DNA of 64,000 bases from Felis catus (taxonomy: Eukaryota). Where the stretch lies: the NCBI RefSeq assembly GCF_018350175.1, contig NC_058368.1:81036001-81100000 (forward strand), in the 5' to 3' direction. Of this stretch, positions 47,816 to 61,896 are shown piece after piece; the stretch's first letter is position 1, and the number at the start of each line of letters is the position of its first letter. The position numbers and the translations under genes were made by a program. The notes under the pieces are model-generated. The model made no database searches, had not been told where the DNA came from, and saw only the letters and a list, made by a program, of their open reading frames with translations.

Positions 47816-50800
47816 GCACAGAGGTTAGGTTCTCTTGTAGACGGACAGTGGGGCCACCGGACAGACAGAGATGCGGAGGCCCATGGGATGCGCACAGAGG
47901 CGGGCTCCAATGCTATGAAATGGTGTTTCAAAATCAAAGGAACAGATACTTCTTGTCTTGTTTCCTATTGATGCGGCAAAGGTTTCCCAGTGCCGAGCTC
48001 TGTTTTTGGAGGGCTGAGCACATTCGTGAGGGCCATGAGCAGGCTAGTAGGATCATTTGATGCCTAGACATCTAAATCAGCAAACAGGGCCTCAGAGCGT
48101 CGGACCAGCCCTGAGGCTTTCCCGTCCAGGGCCCTCTTGTTGGCTTATGTTCACATCGTCCGATTTCCTGTTGAATTGAAGGAAGAAGCTCAGAAAGTCT
48201 CTTGCACTCATACACGGGCAGGGACATCAGTCATTATTTTTTTGACTTAGGTAAAAAACCGGTAATACTGTTTTGATGTGCTCGTGTCATTTCTTCTTCA
48301 CGCAACTTCTTTTCTTCTTTTAATGAAAATGGTCTGATTTCACCGTGCCATGCAGCTAACAGACATGCGGTAGCCATCCCAGGGCGAGCGTCACGGCCCA
48401 GCCACTCCTCGGACGCCTGACGTTCCTGAGACGCCAGGTCGAGCAAGCGAGCCAGTGACGGGTCGTCAGACGTGTTCTGGAGTCCATACTGATGGCCTTG
48501 TGATCTGTTCAGCTCGTTCTTCCCTTCAGTTTGTCATATGTCTTCCCGTTCCGCCTCCCGATCAACCCGTAGTGCACAAAACCACGTTTCATCATGCTGT
48601 AAAATGGAAAAAGATTTCTTTTCAAGCGTCACTGCGATTGTTTTGAAATGCCATTCTGTCTCTCTGTTAAGATTTAATTATCTGTTGCAAATAGCATCTG
48701 TGAATCAATGTTGCCCAACTCATTTTGGAATAGAAATGATCAAATATTTGGTAGCCAGAAAGCCAAGTGGGGAGAGCTACACCAAACACACAGCTTTCTG
48801 CTATGGCTCATGTTAAACACAACAACATACAGAAATCAGAGAGGAAGAAAGGAGACAGACCAGCTGAGCCACACGGCGATCGTCGCTCTGGGTGGCCTCA
48901 CGAACAATACCGCCTTGTGGGAGATGCACACGCGTGCACACGCATGCACACACATGCACACGGGCACACGCACGCACACACACATGCAGTCTGGCCCAGG
49001 GAACTTCGGCAGGTGCCTGGAAACCACCTTCTGTGTCACCTCCCACTGCAGAGACGGTGTCTCTCGAGATTTGCTCCCACACAGTCAGCTTCTCCCCACT
49101 TAGAGGAGATATTTGAATCCTCCCCAGGCCGTTGGGCACATCTCCTCTGAAATGATATTGATGAGCGCCGGGCTGTGCTGCCTGGCCTAGAAGTTTCTCA
49201 GCTCGAAGTCTGAGCATCTCCGGTGGTGTGGTGGGTGGAGTGCACGTCCTGCTTCCTGCTTCCTGCGTCTCCGCTGCCTCCTGTGAGCGAGCACTGCCTC
49301 ATTAGGGGTAATGCCTCTTCTGTCGTGGGTATTCTCCTGGAGTGGTTCCATCTCCAAATATGTTTTTTTCCCGTATCCACATGTCAATCAGCCCCTTGTC
49401 TAACACCAGAAAATGATAGTCGGGAGAATTGAAATTGCTAACAGTTTTAACACCAAAATTTAACTATTCAAGGTTCAGAATGACGGCAGAATAAATAGTG
49501 GCTTTCAGAATTGGGCCCCGTTACAGAGGCAAGTTTCCAAATTATTCTAATTTAATCTCCAAAGTTGCAGAAAACATTCAGATAAAGTCTGTTTATCTTG
49601 AGTGAGTCGAATCCCCAGGTTTCAGCCACAGGCCACGCTGGCCTAGCAAACTAAATACTCGGCTTTAATTTTTCCAAGCTCATGTTAGCTATGACATTGA
49701 ACACTTCAGTTTTCCCTGGCCTTGTGCCCCTGGAGCGGGCCACTGGGTGGTCGGCATGTGTGGGGGCAAGATGGTCCGTGGAGGGCAGGCAGGGCCCTGG
49801 GCAGGGGGGCTGTCTGGGTTGTGGCATTCGGCAGATGCTGCCATGCCCTCTTGATGTCTCCCAGCTCCAGACATTCACCTTCACTGGGTCCATAGGTGGT
49901 TCTGAGAAGGCAGGGTTCAGACGCTTGGCTCAGCATCTTGGAATGCAGCAGGGTCATTGTAGTCGCACAAACGGTTGAATTGGGATCCCCATTGCCCACA
50001 GCCATTTACTCACAGCCGGTGTGAGGGGGCCCATCGGGGGTGACTGAACTTCACCCCAGCCCAAGGGGCTCTCCCAGGGGCTAACACAGACCCTAAGTCC
50101 CCTAAGTCCCAGCCCTCCCCTGAGGGGTCCTAACAACCTCCCTGGTCCCTGACAGCCCCCTCTGAGGCTCACCGCCATTGCCTGTGACGAAGGACCCGGC
50201 CCCACCTGACCTTGGGTCTCCCCCACAGGTCACCTGACCATGGGCTGGGCCCTGGGACACACTCCAGCTGAGGCTGAGCCTGGGGGCTCGGTCTGCTATG
50301 CTTTAGTGCGTTAGACTGGAGATAGCCTGAAGCCTCCAGCACCCCCACGTCCACCCATGCTCGTTTCACACCCTCTCCCAGGTCGGTCAAGGTGGAGGAG
50401 GCTGTGAGGAAGGTGCTGTCAGCCTCACCCCCTGAATGCAGCCAGGAGCTCAGGACTGGATCTTTGGGTGAACTGCTATTTTGTAAGCTTCTTTCCGGAA
50501 AGCTGCCAGCCTCCCTTCTTGGATCGGTTGCACTGGACATGCGTGTGCGGTGGAGTTTCACTCTGCCATATGTAAGCCTTAAAAGGAGAAAGTAGAATGA
50601 ATAAGTAGGGAGGGAGGAAAGGGAGAGCCACAGAGGGTGAGAGCTTGAAGATGATGGGACTGACAAGTACCATGTGAGCTGAGGCAAAACGTGGAATTTC
50701 ACCGCTATTATTCGGCAGAGCGGCCTCCCAGACTTGGGGGTAAACACACATCGGGTCCTGCCTTTGAGAAGGAGACAGGTTCCCCAAAGCCGTGTTGTTG

Positions 50801-52229
50801 GGGGACAGTGCTTCGTGGATTGTATGTTCCTTTGCTGGATGGTAAACACGGAGAGATGTCATTTTACGCGTTTTCTGTGTCAGAAAGCATCAGGGAATCC
50901 AGGAGGCCGGCCAGGCCCTGCTCCTTTCTGTAAGAGCCCTCCCGAGACCCAGGAGCAGGGTAGTGGTGTGGGGGTGACCCACACGCAGGGAACTGTCCCC
51001 TGCCTGCCCTTCAAGGACTCACTTCCTGTCCCCGAGTGCCTCCTTCAGTGTGCGCTCACGTTCACGTGGCCTGCTCACCTCCTGTGAGAGTGCTCCTCTC
51101 GAGGGCCCTCCCCCAGTGGGAGAAGGGCTTGGACACACGGGCCACCTCACCAAAGACAAATCGGACAAAAATGGTGGCCACGTCTCTCTGACACCCACAG
51201 CTGATAAGTATCAACATCTGGAAAAGGGCACGATTTGTGTACAAATGAAACACAGATCACAGATTCATCACTTCCCTAATGAGGTTCTCTCTCAATCTTC
51301 TCTTTTCCTCAGAACACAGGCTGGCCCGCCTGACCCTGACCTTCTGTGATAATTAAGCTCTTTGTGATGGTCTGTCGCCCAGACACCCTCTGATTTTCCT
51401 TCCTTCGTTTCCAGGACCCGCCTCATTAGAACAGTGTGACTCGAGCTAAGCACAGGGTCTCCAGTGCGGTCCCACCCACCGCGCACGTCAACATGCCACC
51501 ATAATCTCAAGTGTTTCTCCGTTACCGACCCCCAGGCCACTGGCTTCTGTCTCTGGACCACTGATAATGGCTCCAGCGCCAGGTTGTGACCGCTGCCTCC
51601 CACCCTGAGCCTCGCTCATGGCTGCCAGGGGCCCCGTCATTATTTTGGCCACACACCCTTTCATGGTTTTTACCTTTAATCTCATTATCTGTCATTTTTC
51701 TGTCCCTAATGAATTCAGCATTTACCTTCGGGGACCATGCCCTGCGGGTGACACTGCCTTCCCACCCCCATGTCGGGGCCAGTCCAGTGAATCCCATTAG
51801 CAGACGTCCTCACTGTGTGTCTTCCTCTCAGGACTGAACCGGCCCCGTCTGTTCTGTCACCTCCCACAGCAGCGACGCGTTTCCAGAGTCCGCTTTCCTT
51901 TCCAGCTGGACATTGTGAGTTCTCGGCATCCTGCGCGTCTGGTGCCCAGCGAATCACTCCTTGCGATGTTTTATGATGCTATGGTGGGCCTCCTCCGTGT
52001 AGCCTCTTTTACGTTCTTTCATTTCTTCCAACAAGCCAACAACAGCAGCAACAAAATGTATCAGCAAGATTCTGCATAATAAAGCACTAAAAGAGGCATA
52101 TTTGAGCTTTTTCTCCACTTCCCGCCATTTCTTATTTAGTGTGTAAAGAAGGTCTGTTTCCTTAAGATGACTATTTAGCTACAGCTAGAAATTTTAATGA
52201 GGAGATGCTGCAGAATTTGGCCCCAGTAC

Positions 52230-52231
<2 letters not shown>

Positions 52232-52281
<50 letters not shown>
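52232..52281. repeat. (TG)25 microsatellite
   Basis: Perfect dinucleotide run. Confidence 0.97.
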
Positions 52282-52288
<7 letters not shown>

Positions 52289-53839
52289 AGGACACTATCT
52301 TAAGGTGGTAGAAAACCAAAAATCACTTCTATGTGCCAGGAAGCAAATGGACCTGTGATCTTCATTTTTTTTTTTATGAATCCCTAAATGTAAAATATAT
52401 TCCATAATTACTTCTGAAAGCGACGCATTTCCATTTCCCTGGTCTTTCCCTGCAGGATCTGGAAATGGATGTTACCTTAGCCCCACGTAAGCATCGGACG
52501 TTGAACACACTCATTTCCCAATCACCCATGTTGACATGATTCTGATTTCTCGCCGCTGCTGCTCCTTTGGGAAACGTGTGCGTTACCGTCTGCTCCAGTC
52601 CCTTTTGTGAATGATGAGAGAAAATATTAATTGATTTTTTTAAGGAATTAATTATCATTGCCATGTTTCAGAGTCCCTATTGTCTCCCGGCGACCTCTGG
52701 CTCTATAAAGTCACACTGAATCTCATGATCTGTCGTGATACTTCATGGAGCCTTCCTTTCATCTCTGAGCACAGCTTTCTCACCTATTTTTTCTTGTAAC
52801 TTTTAAACTTCATTATGAGATAAGATTTGCATTCTGCTGGGCCCTGGTACTTTGTATCTTACAGGAATTTCCCCTTCGGCATCCATCATTTTTGCCCTGC
52901 CTTCTCTGTAATAACAGCGCTTAGCATTTATATAGTGCACATCTTCGAAACGCTCCACAAACTTATGGAGGTTTAATTGTCTTGCCCTCGTGGGCCCTGC
53001 TGGAGCGGCTACCAGAGGCCCAGACGCTGCCTCGGAGGTCCGGGTAGGGTCCCCATGGGCCCCGCCGCCTTCTCTCTGACCTTCCAGTTAATTCCACATT
53101 CAGGGGCCTCCCCATCAGGGGCTGAGGAGAGCCAAATCTTTCAGAGCAAGCCGCAGAACCTACTTACACATCTCACCCCATTAAAACTGTAATCGATTTC
53201 TAAAACCTACAGCGTAGCACTGTTAACGGAAAACATGCCACATTTAACATAGAAGGAGATAGAAAATGGGGGCCATCCACTTAAATATGTAGCTTGGTTA
53301 CTGTCAGCAGTCGGGTCAGCGGGGAATGAGCTTCCTAGAAATGCCCAGCACCAGGGATCAGTGGGCAGATGTTGTCTGCACGGCATCCAACTGACGTGCA
53401 GCTAACACCACTCTTCCCTGGAGCAGGGCTGTGGCCGGGCGCCTGTGATCGTCTTGACTTGGGATCGTGCCTGGAGATGTGCTGAGACTCGCTCGGTAGC
53501 TTTTCCCATAAAAACAGCAAGGCACCATCTTGTCCGAAGCAGGGAATTAAGAACGGATTGTTCTTTGAGGTTCGTTCAGTTTATGCTTTCTCTAGAGAAG
53601 GCTCATTTCAAACAAACACCACATCTTCTCAGTGAGATCTTCTAGACGTTTCCCACCAGAAGACCATCTCAATGGCCCCAGGATCATTTCCCTTCATGTC
53701 TTGGTCCTCACCTCTGTTTCCAACTTTCATTTTTTAAGCCTTGAAAATAAGTATAAATGTATAACCAAACTGCAGAGAAAACAATTTCTAGTGGGTACTC
53801 GTACTAATACCTCTTGAGCTACGTTAAAAAAAAAAAAAG

Positions 53840-54450
53840 CAGTGTATTTAGTAATCCATTAACTGAAAGTTGAAACCATTTGGGAGCATTTACTCATATG
53901 CAGAGTACGACAGTGTTGATAAACATATTGATAATTCTGAGGCATGGCGAGTTCTGGAGAGCCTTCTAGATTATTCAATAAATATTAAATTATGTTTAGA
54001 TTAATTTTTTAGAAATAGTAGCTTTATTCTAACAACTGGGAAATTAACAGTTCAGTTACAGTGCATGTGTAACAAGTTTATTAACGAAATTTCTAGGATG
54101 CCTGGCATACCACATATGTTCATGGCATATATTAGGACAAGTACATAATAGGGTGATGCTTTTCTAACTTGAATATCTATTATACAAGGCTTTTGACTAT
54201 TGCAGGGAAACTGATAAAATGGTAATATATAGGGTTCAGGAGTTACTCCTTATCAAGATAATCACATCTGGGTATCATAATGATTTTGCTGCCCTGGAAA
54301 GTCATATACTTTGTAGAATCCACAACCAGATGAATCATTACATGGGACCTATAATTAAATCACTTATAAAGGCTGTAAGTGCATGGCAAAGTTTATTGAT
54401 TTCCTTGAGAATAATAACATCTTGACCTTGCCACTGTTCAAATGGGATTA
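53840..54450. promoter_or_regulatory. Putative conserved non-coding element
   Basis: AT-rich repeat-free block with many homeodomain cores, GATAA and TAAACA motifs; inference only. Confidence 0.35.
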
Positions 54451-55117
54451 AATAAATCTTCCCAGTGGGGCCGTGATGAAAGCAAGCAGGCTTCCTTCTC
54501 TTCTGTGAGTCTGCCGAGACTTTCCTCCAAGATACTAACTGACCCTATTACTTGTTGGACACACAGGAATGAGGTTGAGACATTCTTTTCCAGTTAATCC
54601 TGATTGAAATATGATTATCTTTTCCTATGGATTTATCTCTAGAACTGTGAGCTCTTGTCACAAAATGTCCTCAAAGCGTAGCCTCAGTCAAACTTCCACT
54701 GGCACAGGCACTGAGGTCGTAAATGGTGAGCAAAGCCAGACACGAGGCTTCCGTTCTGTTGGACGGTGCTGTTCTCAGAGTGCATGTGTGTGCACGTGTG
54801 TGCGTGCACATGTGTGTGTCTGCTGGTGTGTGTGTTAGCACGTGTGCGTGCTAGAACATGTGTGTGTGTTTGTGTGTGTGTGGAAAACTGGAAAGGCAGT
54901 TAACAAGCTTGCTTGTGATCTGGGGCGACAGAGGGGAGGAGGAAAAGCATGCCCTCTTTGAGGGAGAGGGAGGCGTTGAAGGGTCCTGCTAATGAACGTG
55001 CAATGACCCGCAGAGATGAGTCCCCTTCTAGAAAGGAGTGGAGTGCTGTGAAACTACATAACCAAAGAACTAAGGGGTCAGGGAAGGCTTTTCAGAAGAC
55101 ACGGAACTTCGTCTGAA

Positions 55118-55388
55118 ATGTGTGTCTCCGTGCACTTATTCGTGCGTGTGTGTGCAAGGTGCACAGGTGTGTCTGTCTGCGCATATTTGTGCGCACGTGT
55201 GCAAGGTACACGAGCAGGTCTGTGTGTGTGTGTGTATTTGTGCGCATGTGTGCAAGGTGCATGGGTGTGTCTCTGCGTGAGCACGTATTTGTGTGAGCAT
55301 GTGCAAGGTGTGTGGGTATATCTGTGTACGTATGTATGTGTGCACGTGTGTGCAAGGTGCACGGGTGTGTCTCTGTGTGTGCACGTGC
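55118..55388. repeat. TG-rich tract with cryptic ~50-bp period
   Basis: TGCAAGG anchors at 55153, 55200, 55251, 55302 and 55351. Confidence 0.9.
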
Positions 55389-55999
55389 AGCAGCGCCTGG
55401 GCAGGTGGGCTGTGGTCTGGACCCGAGGCCGAGCGGGCACAAAGGCTTCAGTGGGAGGTGGCACCTTACTGTCCAGGCCCCGAGGGAGGCCAGCGTAGCA
55501 GGGCTCGGGAGGGCTGGCCGGCAGCAGAAGCCAGGCCAGAGAGGGCGCCGGCCTCAGGCCCTGTGACGCTGCGACTCAGCGTTGTAGGCCGATGCGCAGG
55601 TGTCAGACTCACGTTTGTCAGGCTCACTGTGGGGTCAGTGAGGAGAGCCCCTAGGGAGGGCTCTGAGAGAGAACACACGCCTGGACATGGGCATCTCTGA
55701 GCCTCAGAGTATCTGGAGTTGGACACACAGACGAGTGAGCGCGGCTGGCGCCAGGTCGGGCGTCAGGGACAGAGGGGACCTGGCAGCCATGCCTTTCTGC
55801 CCAGCCTCCAAAGCTCTGCCCCTTCTGTTTGTTGCACACGGGTCCATGGTCCTGGCAGCCTCCCCCCGCCCCCACTGCCCTCTCTCAAAGCACCACTCGC
55901 AAAAGTGGCCGTGACCTCAGATGTCAGGTGAGCGTGGCCAGACCGAGGTGAGGACATTCCTGAGACCACGCTCCCATCTGTCTCCGACTGCATGGAGGG

Positions 56000-56436
56000 C
56001 TTTCTCGCTGGGATTTTCCGGCTGTGGTAGCAAACTATCACAGATGGGGTGGCATAAAACAACAGAAGCGTGTTCCCTCCCAGTCTGGAGACCAGCAGTC
56101 AGAAAGGAGGGTGTCGGCAGGCCTGCCCGCTCCCTGGGGGCTCAGAGGGGCCCCCACTCTCTGTTCCCGGCGGCCAAGGCGGTGTGTGGCGTCCCTTGGC
56201 CCCCAGAGGCATCCTTCCGATCCCCGTCTCTGTCGTGCCATGGCCACCTTCTCCTGTGTGGGCCTCTGTGTGTCTCCCTATGAGGACACCAGTCATATTG
56301 GATTAGGGGCCCATCTACTCCAGCATGACCTCATCTGAACATCTGTAAAGGCCCTCTTTCCAAATAAGGCCACATTCTCAGGTATGGAGGGCTAGCGCTT
56401 CTGTGTCTTTTGGGAAGAACGATCCGGCCCACAACA
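56000..56436 (-). mobile_element. MaLR solo LTR (MLT1C-like)
   Basis: GTGGCATAAAACAACAGAA..TATGAGGACACCAGTCATATTGGATTAGGGGCCCA..TTTCCAAATAAGGCCACATTC. Confidence 0.88.
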
Positions 56437-58599
56437 GCTGGCTTTTGGGTTTTCAGCTGCTAGAATTTGGCCAACCAGATCTCAGAGCTAGGACACTTTA
56501 CTGAGGCACCCTGGGAGAACATGAAAGAAAGCGAAGCTAGCATTTGTCCCTGAAGAGCTTCAAATTAAAGTCCAGACTTGATTTCCTTCCTTCATAAACA
56601 CTGTGGGACCATGATCCGTGATAACTAGATACCTGCATCCAAATACAGCTTTACTGCTGCTGCCTTGAGATGACTTATTACAATATTTCGGCCACAGGAA
56701 CTGTCACGTGGGACCTAACAAATGTGCAGAGGCCCTCCCCTGCAGAGCTGGCTTCTGTTATGTGAGACTTCCGGACACCCAGAGGTCTGTGGTAATTGAG
56801 CCGTGGCCACTTACTGCTGTGTGCCTGTTGCTGTCAGATTCTAAATACAGGCGTGCAACACTCCTCACTGAGCCTGCCGTGGGCCTGGCCACACTGCTCA
56901 TGGTGACAGACCCGGGTGGATTGAGATCGGGACGTGCCCCGGGATCCACCTGCACCACACGGTCTGCAGGGAGCTCTGGTGAATGCGAAGACTTCCGTGG
57001 CTTGACTTCCTGGGTTCCTTCTTCCATGAAGCTTGCGGGAGCTTCTGATGCACCGTCCCGTTCTATGCTGGCATTTCCATGTCACATGCGTCACCAGCAC
57101 GGTGGCCAAGAGAGGTCACTATGAGGATCATTAAACAAACAAAGTTCATCAGAATAGGGTCCACATCCCCATCGAGGTCTTGAGCCCAGAACCTTTCCAG
57201 TCAGAGTGCCTCAACTATTTCTCGCCACTCCGGAATCATCAGTCAACACATACAGCAGTTAGTACGAGCTCTGTCACCATCTGCTGGGAGAGTGACCCCG
57301 CCCCCCACCCTCAGTGTTACCATCCATGAAGGCACCAGGCTTTCCAGTCAGGGTAGCACGGGGCTGCATGTAGTTGTGTCTCCCCCACCCCCAGCCCCGG
57401 CGATGGCCAGACATGGCCTCAAGCGGCCGCGTACCCCAGCATGCCACATGAACATTGTCAACTTTACGTGGGAGGGTCTGCAAAGAGAAGTCCTAGAAGA
57501 GAGGGTATCGGGATCCTTTGAGAGGAGTGCTTTTTATTTAATTGCCAGTTTGGTTCTTTGAGGCCTGATCTAAGTCCTACACAGGACTACGCTGCCTTCC
57601 CATTTGACCCCAGGCCATTCAGGAGACATCCATCCCAGATCCAGCACTGGCCCTGCTCTAGATGCAGATGAGAGAGGGTTGTCCAAGACCTTGAACGGCC
57701 ATGCCCCTGGGGACGGACATGGAAATATACACAGGCAATCAGCAACAGAGACAGCGCGGTGGCTCGGAGGGAGGGCAAGGCAGCTGAGAGCAGCCTGAGG
57801 GGTAGGACGACTTCCGTCAGCGGAATGGACGGCGGGATGGACAGTGAAGTAAATTCTTCCTGAGGAACTGACCTTTGAACTGGGGCATGAGTGACAGGAG
57901 ACACCAGCATGGTGAGCACTGAGGCAAGAGTGCTGGCGAGGCACAGGGTGAGTCCAATGTCCTGAGGCAGCAGAAGGCTCTCAAGGACTGGAGACGAGGC
58001 CGCCAGCTTCCACTTTGGTTCAAAAACCTCTTGACACTGTCCTGGTTGAAGACAGACTTGGAGAATCAGTTAAGCGTGTTTTCCTCTGTGTTGGAGCAAG
58101 AACAGTGGCAATCCACGTCTGACACCCACTAAATATGCGCCTAGCACACTGTGGGGAACCAAGGAGCCGCCACGATGCACCGCGTGTGCATAACCCGCTC
58201 ATTTATTCAGGTCAGGTACTCATTTGCAGCGTTCTGTCCAAAAGGAAAGCACTGTTACATTACGGAGTAAATAATGTGCTCAGAAATAGGATTTTGAAAC
58301 ACAGAATTGAGATTGACAGTAATAATTTGTATTTGTGGACTACTTTTCCGCCTTTGACCTCGGAATTTTTCTCAACATAGTATGAAAGCATGCACGTGTT
58401 TTACACACTCTCATGGCAACCCTGTGAGGCAAAGTGGCTAATAATAGTAATAGTAAAAATAATAGGAGTTAATATTTACTGAATTCTGACTGCAGCCAGG
58501 TCATGCACATGCCTAAGGCAACAAATACCCATATATTTATTAATATAGTTTAGGGAAAATAGCTATAACTTACATGTGTATTGTGCTACGTAATGTGCT

Positions 58600-58710
58600 T
58601 ACATTCAACAAATCTTTAATGAGTCCCTACTATGTGCCAGGCACGGCTTTAGGGCCAGAGGATGGAGTAGTGAACAAAACAGACAAAATCTCTGCTCTAC
58701 AGAGTTTACT
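58600..58710 (-). mobile_element. L2 3' end
   Basis: CATTCAACAAATCTTTAATGAGTCCCTACTATGTGCCAGGCAC..GTGAACAAAACAGACAAAATCTCTGCTCT. Confidence 0.85.
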
Positions 58711-58711
58711 T

Positions 58712-58845
58712 CATTTCTTTAATCCTTACAATACGTTAGCAAGTACTTCCTGTTATTGTTTCCATTTTAAGGATGAGAAAATGGAAATACAGAGATGTTA
58801 AATAACATTTCAGGTCACACAACTAACAAATGGTAAAGCCAATAC
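58712..58845 (-). mobile_element. MIR
   Basis: TTTAATCCTTACAA..CCATTTTAAGGATGAGAAAATGGA..CAGAGATGTTAAATAAC..GGTCACACAACTAACAAATGG. Confidence 0.8.
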
Positions 58846-59082
58846 TTCTGAAAGAGCTCTGCAGCAGGAAGTGAGTCCCTCCAAATAAGGAGATGACTTG
58901 CTGGTTATAATTTCTTCTCATGGCTTGAGTGCTTGTGTGCTGCCAACACGTGAGGAGCACGGCTCCCGGCCACACTGCAGCCAGCCATATTGCCTGGAGC
59001 AGATCAAGATACTTCCCAGGGACTCAGGAAGTGGAGGGAAAGTACTCACAGGAGTGTGGCACAAGGAAATGAAGGTGCATCC

Positions 59083-59340
59083 TTCAGGAGTCCTACAGCA
59101 CAGGAAGTACAAGTGCACCGTCCAGAATTCCTGTTGTAGGGACACAGGGAGTACAAGGGCATGGTCCAGAAGTCCTATTGTAGGGACACAGGAAGTACAA
59201 GTGATCCCTCCAGGAGTCCTATCGTAGGGACACAGGAAGTATAAGTAAACCATCCAGAAGTCCTATTGTAGGGACACAGGAAGGACAAGTGAACTATCCA
59301 GTCCTTATCGTAGGGACACAGAAAATGGAAGTGACCTTCC
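59083..59340. repeat. Minisatellite, 44-bp unit, about 6 copies
   Basis: TCCAG recurs at 59121, 59165, 59209, 59253 and 59297; consensus TCCAGAAGTCCTATTGTAGGGACACAGGAAGTACAAGTGNNCNN. Confidence 0.95.
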
Positions 59341-60639
59341 CTGCAGCCTCTTTCCAGGGCCTTCATCTCAGAAGTAGAATTACGTGACCCAGGAGTCCAG
59401 AATAAGCACTTCAAGGCACACAGCCTTGTCCAACTTAATTCACTGTTTGGTATAAAAGCCACACACCAGCTTCGAATGCAATTGGAAGATGTTTCCAGGG
59501 TGCAGCCATTTCAGACGGCCACAGACGAGATTCAGAATGGAAACAAAGCAGTGTGTGTCTCTTCCAAGGGAAAGATTATCTTTCCCTGGGACAGGTGGCC
59601 TCATGGCCTGGGAATGTCTTCTCGTGAGACAATTTACAACCATTCAGATTTACTTTCCTGATTAAACCTGGTAACCAGATACACAGAGAAAACCCTAGCC
59701 TCTTGTCTCTCAGGAACCTCGAGAAATCCTCCTTCTGTAATGGACCACAGAGCAGAATAGCAGGGAAGTGATGGTGTCGTGACAACAAATGGCTCTGTCT
59801 GTGCGTGCAGAAGGGTGCTGGGTAAGTCCAGTACTGCTTATTTATTCAGTAATCATTTATTCGGCTCACAATTCTGTGGTTTGATAGGTTTAGATGGGCA
59901 TCAGCTGGAAACCTTTTGGCCTTTCTTGGCTAAAGTAACTCCAGAGTCATCAGTCGGTTACTGTCGTGCTTGCTCTGGACTTTTTTATTCCATGTCAATT
60001 GTCCAAAACAAGTTTTGGTTGGCCACTGTGGGATACACACTGCCCTCGGCTCAGGGTTACCTGGTTCAAGGGAGTAGATACATGTAAACTGATACGATGT
60101 GCGTGTGGTCTGTGGTATAAAAGTACCTTGAAGAAAGACTATGGGGACATTCTAGAAGATGCCATCCCTTTTGCATGAGGTCATCAGAGATCATTTCAGC
60201 AAGGAAGGTGCTTCAGAACTGAGTTTTAAGGCTTACATAGAAGTTCATAAGGGAGGTAAAGGTTGGCCAGTATTTCCCATTAGAGAGAAAAGCAAGTGTG
60301 TTTGAAACTCCAGTCTGGTGTGTTGAAAACATGGACGAACATGGACACAGGAGCCAGGGAGCAATTCAATATTCAGGCCGCATACAAAATTAGATAAAAA
60401 TAGCAGACCCATCCAAAGCTAAATAAAAATTATTTTTAATGCAATCTGAATATCAGGTCAGTATGACTGCAACATTAATGGTGTAAAACATGGAAGATCA
60501 AGTTTCTGTCCTAAACAAAAGTCAGAAGCACAGTTTACTGAATGGTTATTTTATCCCGAGAGCTCATCTACCGCTTTGCAAGTGTTAGGTCGTTCCTTCC
60601 TCGTTCCAGCTCTAGAGGTGTGCATCATCGTCCCTGTCA

Positions 60640-60735
60640 GCACATGAGGAAGCTGAGGTTCTCAGAGGCCAGGTAATTTTCCCAAGTCACACAGGGGAAA
60701 TGACAACAGCAGGATTTGAACCCAAGTCCTCCAGC
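60640..60735 (-). mobile_element. MIR core fragment
   Basis: ATGAGGAAGCTGAGG..TTTCCCAAGTCACACAG..CAGGATTTGAACCCAAGTC. Confidence 0.75.
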
Positions 60736-61896
60736 CCCGAACCCACACAGTTCCCACCGGGACACAGAAGTTTTACACCGTGTACCGTCCCCGCAAGAAG
60801 ATAAGACCAATGCGTGCCTCAGATGCGATCGTAGAAGAATGAACGCAATTTCACATCACAGCAGGAGGGACCACCCACATATGCTGAGGTTAAGGAGGGA
60901 CATGAGGTCCACAGTGAAGCGCTCAGAGCGCGCGTGCGGCTCTTCCCAGGGTGGTTATTTTAGACTCATAATCTGTTCTGTTCGTACGGATAAGTTTTCC
61001 CAGAGCCGCGTCTGAGGCATCAAAGCAATGAATAGATGCCTCTTTATAAATTGGGCCATACTTCTTCCAGAAGCAATGTGTGCGTGCGCCTGCGTATGGT
61101 TTTTGGGGGGCGCTTGTATGGGTGTGTTTGCTTGGGGCTTTAATAAAGAGTGATCCCAGACGTCAGCTCGCCTGGGGACTGGGGATGAACAACATTTGCA
61201 GACTTCCCTGATTGTTTTCCTTGTTGCTGAAACGTTTAGTTTGGTAAACTGCCAGCTGGCAGATAGAAAGACGCCTCTCTGTCCCTACCTCCCGGTTCAG
61301 CAACTTGTGCAGCTCCATAGCTGGATTAATTAGTGAATATCTGATAAAACGAGAGGAGACATACTTCTTGTTTCGAGGGGTCACGGTTCTGTTAAGTTGT
61401 TACTTTGTCTCCTGGAACAATCAGTACGTCGCAGAGCTACCTCACTATTGTGTCACTGCAAGACAGGGGAAGGGGCCTGTGAACCCAGAGAGCCTGGCCC
61501 AGCCCCCTCCCGTAGGCCTGGTTGGAGTTGTTCAGGAGTGTTGATGACGGGCGGTATTGGAGAGCCTTGGGCGTGAGAAGCGTCCTTACCCCAGCACGCA
61601 CTGGCAAGGCGGGCTGTGCACGGGAGGATGAACCCAGACATCAGAATGACGCTGACTCTTGTGGTCCTGTGGACAGGATATGAGTGTCTAGACAGTGCTT
61701 GGCTAGGCTGCACCTTCTAACTCAAGTTCTGGTGCTCACACGATGAGGGGAATGAGGCGGGGGTGGGGGCAAGGGGCACTGTGCATTTGTAGCTGAACTA
61801 TTTCTGTGTCCCATCCCACAAAGGAGAGTGTGTCATCTGCCCTTCTCTCTGCCCTGCCCGCATCACAGATACACTTCTTATTCTGCTTCTCCTCAA

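Noticed and set aside
54191..54227. Possible 16-nt exon TTGCAG|GGAAACTGATAAAATG|GTAATA
   Set aside because: Weak pyrimidine tract and weak donor.
59083..59340. CRISPR-like array of palindromic repeats
   Set aside because: The variable part is only about 5 nt and units are homologous along their whole length; mammalian DNA with no cas genes. It is a minisatellite.
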